DNA from: PVC group bacterium
GTDB lineage: Bacteria; Auribacterota; Erginobacteria; Erginobacterales; Erginobacteraceae
NCBI GenBank assembly: GCA_043804695.1
Contig: JAZDIV010000044.1
Coordinates: forward strand, 1 to 11,636
Length of the DNA stretch: 11,636 nt
Direction of reading: 5' to 3'
The notes under the pieces were generated by a model that searched no databases, was not told the origin of the DNA, and saw nothing but the letters and a program-made list of their open reading frames with translations. The first letter of the stretch is position 1, and each line of letters begins with the position of its first letter. Below, one piece after another: positions 6,987 to 11,636 of the stretch. Position numbers and translations under genes: made by a program.

Positions 6987-8036
6987 ATGCAGATCCCCCG
7001 GAAAATTCTGATCGTCAAGCTGGGATCGATCGGGGATGTGGTCAACACGTTGCCCCTGGTCAATGCCCTGAAGGAATCGCGGCCCGACGCGAAGATCTGC
7101 TGGCTGATCGAGCCGAAATCTTTTCCCGCCGTCGAGGGCCACCGGGCCGTGGACCGGTTTATCGTTCATCACAGAGGGGGAGGGCTGGCCGCCGCCCGCG
7201 CCGCGCTGGGCGAAGTCAGGGACTTCCAGCCCGATCTCGTGATCGACCTTCAGAGGATACTGCGGAGCTCATTCTTCACCGCCCTGTCCGGCTGCCGGGA
7301 ACGTTTGGGGTTCGACCGGAAACGGTGCAAGGAATTCTCCTGGTTTTTTACCAACCGCAAGATCCCCCCCCGGTCTCCCCGGCGGCATATGGTACTCCAG
7401 TATCTCGAGTTCGCGGCATTTCTCGGTTTCTCCCCGGCCGCTGTCCGCTTCCGGCTGCCGGTATCGGAATCCGACCGGTCGGCGGCCCGGGCTCTCATCC
7501 CCGGATTTTTCCTCGATCCCGGCTTCATCGCCCTCAATATCGGCGCGGCCAAGGCCGCCAACCGCTGGCCCCCGGCGCGCTGGTCGGAGCTGGCGGGCCG
7601 CATCCTCACCCGGACGCCCTATTCGGTGGTCCTGACCGGCGGCGAGCGGGACGCCGCCCGGGGAAACGCTGTCGGCGAGCGGCTGGGAAAAGAGGAGAGA
7701 GTAAAGGATTGCACCGGGCAAACGTCGTTAAAACAGCTGGGGGGTCTTTTCACGCTCTCCCGGGCGGTCGTCTCCGGGGATACCGGGCCGATGCACATCT
7801 CGTCCGCCCTGGGGATCAGGACCATCGGAATCTTCGGGCCGGCGGATCCGGGCCGGACCGGGCCCTTTCGCCACCTCGACCTGGTGGTCCGGGCCGGCGC
7901 GGCCTGCTCGCCGTGCGGGAAACGGCGCTGCCGTTCGGCACAGTGCCTCGATGAGATCACGGCTGGGATGGTCTTCTCGAAAATTTTTCCATCATCCCGG
8001 CATGCCGCCGGGGTGACGGAAAAATTTAACGATTAA
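6987..8036 (+). CDS. GT9 LPS heptosyltransferase (WaaC/OpsX-like; probable HepI)
   Basis: 349 aa; KILIVKLGSIGDVV, WLIEP, DLVIDLQ, ANRWP, TGQTSLKQL, SGDTGPMH, FGPADP, CSPC. Confidence 0.88.
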   Translation: MQIPRKILIVKLGSIGDVVNTLPLVNALKESRPDAKICWLIEPKSFPAVEGHRAVDRFIVHHRGGGLAAARAALGEVRDFQPDLVIDLQRILRSSFFTALSGCRERLGFDRKRCKEFSWFFTNRKIPPRSPRRHMVLQYLEFAAFLGFSPAAVRFRLPVSESDRSAARALIPGFFLDPGFIALNIGAAKAANRWPPARWSELAGRILTRTPYSVVLTGGERDAARGNAVGERLGKEERVKDCTGQTSLKQLGGLFTLSRAVVSGDTGPMHISSALGIRTIGIFGPADPGRTGPFRHLDLVVRAGAACSPCGKRRCRSAQCLDEITAGMVFSKIFPSSRHAAGVTEKFND

Positions 8037-8064
8037 CCTGGATTATTCATGAAAATTAAATGCA

Positions 8065-8985
8065 ATGATGTATGATCTGTCGAAGATAAAAGCCGCTCTC
8101 CCGGAGGGGTTTGGCTGCCTTACGGCGGGCGGGAGAATATGCATTTTCCAGGACCGCTGGGAGAATGAAATCAGGCGCCTCGATGAAAACGGGCTCCCGA
8201 CGGGAAGCGAACGCGGACATCTCCGCGGCCGGGGTCATCCGGCGGTGCTTCCCGTCGGCCCGGAGAAGCTGGTCGTCCGCCACTACTATCATGGCGGCAT
8301 ATTTCGCCGCCTGACCCGGGATCTTTTTCTGAATCTGCGGCGCCCGCTGAACGAGATAAGCATCCTGGCCGCCGCCCGGAAAGCCGGGATCAGCGTGCCC
8401 GAACCGGCGGGCCTTCTGATCGAGACGGTACCCCCCGTCTTTTGCCGGGCGGATCTGGTTACGGTCTATGTCCCCGGCAGCCAGGATCTGCTGGCCTACT
8501 ACCGGGAATTTCCCTTTTCCCCCGGCTTCGGCGACCGCCGGGAGAAGCGCCGGATCATCGCCGCCGCCGCCCGGGAGGTGTCCCTCCTCCACCGGGCCGG
8601 CATCGTCCACGGGGATCTCCAGGTAAAGAACATCATGATCCGGAAGACGCCGGCCGATCTGAGGATTTTTATTCTGGACTTCGATCGGGCCCGGAGAACG
8701 GCGATCCCCGGCGCCCGGGTCCGGAAAAACCTCCTGCGCCTCTACCGCTCCTTCCGGAAGATGAGTCTCTCCCTGCCCCGGGTCTCGAGATACGATCCCG
8801 TCCGTTTCCTGCGGGCCTATGCCCCGGAAGAGAAAGAGTTCCGCCGGAGCACCGTCGGAGCCGTCCGCCGCCGCCGCTGGAGGGAGAGACTCCATCTGCT
8901 GAAGTGGAAGCTGTCATTACGACTGGGCGGAGGCCTTTATGCGCGGCCAATGTCCGGGATAAAGAAGAGAATGGAGCATAAATAA
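8065..8985 (+). CDS. kdkA: Kdo kinase-like LPS kinase (Kdo/WaaP family, closest pattern KdkA)
   Basis: 306 aa; GRG, VVRHYYHGG, VPEP, RADL, catalytic HGDLQVKN, LDFDRA and NLLRLYRSFRK match the KdkA motif order. Confidence 0.75.
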   Translation: MMYDLSKIKAALPEGFGCLTAGGRICIFQDRWENEIRRLDENGLPTGSERGHLRGRGHPAVLPVGPEKLVVRHYYHGGIFRRLTRDLFLNLRRPLNEISILAAARKAGISVPEPAGLLIETVPPVFCRADLVTVYVPGSQDLLAYYREFPFSPGFGDRREKRRIIAAAAREVSLLHRAGIVHGDLQVKNIMIRKTPADLRIFILDFDRARRTAIPGARVRKNLLRLYRSFRKMSLSLPRVSRYDPVRFLRAYAPEEKEFRRSTVGAVRRRRWRERLHLLKWKLSLRLGGGLYARPMSGIKKRMEHK

Positions 8986-9040
8986 ATACCGACCTGTCAT
9001 AATTTTCTCTTTCCAATTGAGTATAAAAAACTTTAGTTAA

Positions 9041-9061
9041 TATTTTTCCGAAGGAAAAATA
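9041..9061 (+). other. Perfect c(GAA)g triloop hairpin over the ribosome-binding region
   Basis: TATTTTTCC-GAA-GGAAAAATA, 9-bp stem, 5 nt before the GTG at 9067; contains AAGGA. Confidence 0.8.
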
Positions 9062-9066
9062 AAATA

Positions 9067-10263
9067 GTGAAGATCGCCTTCTGCATCGAGAATTTTATCA
9101 TCGCCCGGGGCGGGGCCGAGCAGTATGTCAACGACCTCTCCCGGCTCCTCTCTGAAGGCGACCACGAGGTTCATATCTTCACCCGCAAAAGCCGGAAAAA
9201 AAGCGAGGGGAATCTGCATATCCATATCTTGAAGTGCTGGCCCCGGCCCCGTTTCGCCATGGCGCTCTGCTTTGCCCGGCAGTGTCGCCGGGAGGTGGCC
9301 GCCGGCGGTTTTGATATCGTTCATTCATTCGGACGGACCTGGGGGATGGATGTTTTTCAGCCCCTGGGGGGGTCTCAAATGGCCGGTTTGGTCGGGAACA
9401 TCCGTTCCATCCCCCGGCTGCCGAAACGGATTCTCAAGGTCGCGACCTACCTGTTCAGCATCCGGCGGATAGCGTATTTTTATATAGAAAAGGTTCAGAT
9501 CCGGGAGGCGAAGATCGTGATCGCGATCTCGGCGATGGTGAAGAATGACCTGATCCGGTACTGTCGCCTGAGCCCGGAAAAGGTGAGGATCGTCAGGAAC
9601 GGGGTCGATCTGGAGAAATTCCACCCTCGCAATAAAAATCTTTACCGGGACAAAATCAGGCGGGTGCTCGGTTTAACCGATGAGGATGTTTTCGTCATTT
9701 TTGTCGCCCACAATTTTCGCCTCAAGGGGCTGCAGGCCCTGCTCCGGTCCCTGGCTTATCTCAACGATCGCTGTCCCGGTCATCCGTTCAAAGTCGGCGT
9801 GCTGGGGGCCGGAAAAATTAAAAAATACACGTCCCGGGCCCGGAAGCTGGGGGTGGCCGACAGGCTGATCTTCCTCGCCAGCAGCGAAGAGCCGCCCCGT
9901 TATTATGCCGCGGCCGACATCTCCGTTCACCCGAGTTTTTATGACCCCTCGGCGCTGGTGGTTCTGGAGGCGATGGCCAGCGGCCTGCCGGTCATCACCA
10001 CCACCTATTGCGGCACTTCGGAGATCATCCAGGACGGGCGGGAAGGATATGTGGTCGGGACACCGTACGACATCGCGGGGCTGACCGACCGGATTCTCCG
10101 TCTGTCCGACGCGGCCCTGCGGCAGAAGATGGGCCGGGAGGGAAGGCTCCGGGCGGAAGAGTTTCCCTATCCCCGGAATATGCAGGAGATCCTGGAAATC
10201 TATCATGAATATATTGGCTCTTGTTCCCGACAGAAACGCTCCCAGCTGCCGGTTTCGGGTTGA
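9067..10263 (+). CDS. GT4 glycosyltransferase, WaaG/RfaG-like LPS core hexosyltransferase
   Basis: 398 aa, GTG start; GGAEQY, NGVDLEKF, FVAHNFRLKGL, YAAAD, YDPSALVVLEAMASGLPVITT. Confidence 0.9.
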   Translation: MKIAFCIENFIIARGGAEQYVNDLSRLLSEGDHEVHIFTRKSRKKSEGNLHIHILKCWPRPRFAMALCFARQCRREVAAGGFDIVHSFGRTWGMDVFQPLGGSQMAGLVGNIRSIPRLPKRILKVATYLFSIRRIAYFYIEKVQIREAKIVIAISAMVKNDLIRYCRLSPEKVRIVRNGVDLEKFHPRNKNLYRDKIRRVLGLTDEDVFVIFVAHNFRLKGLQALLRSLAYLNDRCPGHPFKVGVLGAGKIKKYTSRARKLGVADRLIFLASSEEPPRYYAAADISVHPSFYDPSALVVLEAMASGLPVITTTYCGTSEIIQDGREGYVVGTPYDIAGLTDRILRLSDAALRQKMGREGRLRAEEFPYPRNMQEILEIYHEYIGSCSRQKRSQLPVSG

Positions 10264-11188
10264 TCAATTTGTGCGGCCGCTGGCCGGGGAGGGGATCAGC
10301 CTGGAAATCGTCGAGCTGGGCCGGGGCGGCGAAGATCGGAGAAAATCCCTCAAAGCCGCCGCTGATTTCGACGGGGTCGTCCTCCACCGGAAGCTTCTCA
10401 ACCGTTCCGACTTTCGGACGCTCCGCCGCCTCGCCCGCCGGCTTATCTATGATTTTGACGACGCGGTCATGTTCCGGGATTCCAACGCCCGCCGGCTTGA
10501 ATCCCGGATGAGGCGGAGGAAGTTCCAGCGGCTGGTCTCCGGCGCGGACCTGGTGATCGCGGGCAATGAGTACCTTCGGCGGTGGGCGGCGCCCCACTGC
10601 CATAAAGTCGCCGTCATCCCCACCGCGGTTGATCTGTCTCCCTTTCCCCCGGCGCCGGTGGGGGGGACCGGGGGAACGATCGGCTGGATGGGGACCGGGA
10701 GTAATTTTGTCTATCTCTCGCTGGTTGAGTCAGTTCTCGAGTCCCTGATCCGCTCCCGCCCCGGGGTCTCCTTTCAGGTGGTCAGTGATGCAAAGCCCGT
10801 TTTTCGCGGTCTTCCGGCCGGAGTTAAAAAATGGTCGCGGGACGAAGAAGTGCCGGATCTGACCGGATTTGATATCGGGATCATGCCCCTTCTCGATGAT
10901 CCCTGGGCCGCGGGGAAGTGCGCGCTCAAGATTCTCCAGTACTCGGCGGCTTTTCTTCCCGTGGTCTGCTCCCCGGTGGGGGCCAACCGGGAGGTGATCC
11001 GGGATGGAGTGAACGGGTACTTCGCCCGCGTGCCTTCCGAATGGCGCCGGCGCCTGGAGGACTTGCTCGACTCGGCGGAAAGGAGGGAGGAGATGGGCCG
11101 GGCGGGGCGGAAGATCGTCGAGGAGGGGTATTCGGTTTCGGTCATGGCGCCCCGGCTGTGCCGGGCGCTGCGGGAGGCGGTCGGGTAA
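10205..11188 (+). CDS. GT4-type glycosyltransferase
   Basis: 327 aa; PSCRFRV, IYDFDDA, IGWMGT, DIGIMPL, GKCALKILQY, PVVCSPVGAN, GVNGYFA. Confidence 0.88.
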   Translation: MNILALVPDRNAPSCRFRVDQFVRPLAGEGISLEIVELGRGGEDRRKSLKAAADFDGVVLHRKLLNRSDFRTLRRLARRLIYDFDDAVMFRDSNARRLESRMRRRKFQRLVSGADLVIAGNEYLRRWAAPHCHKVAVIPTAVDLSPFPPAPVGGTGGTIGWMGTGSNFVYLSLVESVLESLIRSRPGVSFQVVSDAKPVFRGLPAGVKKWSRDEEVPDLTGFDIGIMPLLDDPWAAGKCALKILQYSAAFLPVVCSPVGANREVIRDGVNGYFARVPSEWRRRLEDLLDSAERREEMGRAGRKIVEEGYSVSVMAPRLCRALREAVG

Positions 11189-11353
11189 TCCGGGTTACAA
11201 CCCGATTCCGGCGGTCGGGATTGTCATGTTTTCGCGTTCTTCGTCTCCTCCCCGGTAATCCGGCAGAAGATTGCCGGCGCCGGGCGACGGAAGCCCGGGC
11301 CGGGGCGCGTCCGATTTTTTAGATGCATTGCCGGCGCGACTGGGTTATCCTTT

Positions 11354-11382
11354 TTTCTATTTTTTCTGCGAAAAAATAGAAA
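11354..11382 (-). other. Perfect 13-bp AT-rich hairpin with c(GCA)g triloop on the minus strand
   Basis: + strand TTTCTATTTTTTC-TGC-GAAAAAATAGAAA; resembles 9041-9061 (TATTTTT-n-C-GNA-G-n-AAAAATA). Confidence 0.8.
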
Positions 11383-11441
11383 TGAAGATCAACCTACAGG
11401 CACTATCAATTAAAATTTATTGTAGCGAATTATTGTTCTTA

Positions 11442-11470
11442 TAAATTTGCGAGCGCAGCGAGCTAATTTA
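11442..11470 (+). repeat. TAAATT-family 29-bp element (identical to 6957-6985)
   Basis: ATAAATTTGCGAGCGCAGCGAGCTAATTTA at 11441-11470 equals 6956-6985. Confidence 0.95.
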
Positions 11471-11524
11471 CTGTTTCGGAATTTCAATAATCGGGAAAAT
11501 CCGATTATGGAAATTCCGAAACAG
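11471..11524. repeat. 54-bp palindrome (24-bp arms, one mismatch)
   Basis: CTGTTTCGGAATTTCAATAATCGG-GAAAAT-CCGATTATGGAAATTCCGAAACAG, directly abutting the 29-bp element. Confidence 0.9.
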
Positions 11525-11636
11525 GCGAAAAAGCAACCAGGGAAAAATATTTTGTTTAGTTTTGTTACGCTAAAGGCTTACCGTTGTTTATTGAGCAGTT
11601 GCATTCAAACTAATTCTTGGATAATCATCGGTCTGC

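Noticed and set aside
11252..11320. GC-rich hairpins (11252-11277, 11280-11298) as terminator or ncRNA
   Set aside because: Stems are short for this GC content, the T-run is about 16 nt from the nearest clear stem, and no known RNA motif is recognisable.
4024..11470. Identical 29-bp repeats as a CRISPR array
   Set aside because: Copies are kilobases apart, in both orientations, with no spacers, leader or cas genes.
11599..11625. TTGCAT...GATAAT promoter
   Set aside because: Spacer is only 15 nt and the downstream gene is outside the window.

Overview
GC-rich bacterial lipid A / LPS inner-core locus on the + strand: waaA, lpxK, lpxL-type acyltransferase, waaF, a DUF6941-like small protein, a second GT9 heptosyltransferase, a KdkA-like kinase and two GT4 glycosyltransferases. 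A divergent SGNH/GDSL hydrolase gene (<1..1178, - strand) is absent from the ORF track because it runs off the window. The LpxK looks PVC-like to me, which is an unverified impression. The unusual signal is non-coding: almost every AT-rich spacer holds a palindromic element. These include (i) a 27-29 bp TAAATT...AATTTA element in five copies, three identical, whose variants keep a c(GNA)g triloop and, in four copies, tandem G.A pairs (a single-stranded-DNA hairpin signature), often 1-2 nt before a start codon; (ii) a nested GTAG-type REP/REPIN-like cluster at 6779-6956; (iii) inverted 7-mer and 8-mer tandem arrays; and (iv) several long hairpins. No transposase, integrase, CRISPR array or RNA gene is visible.
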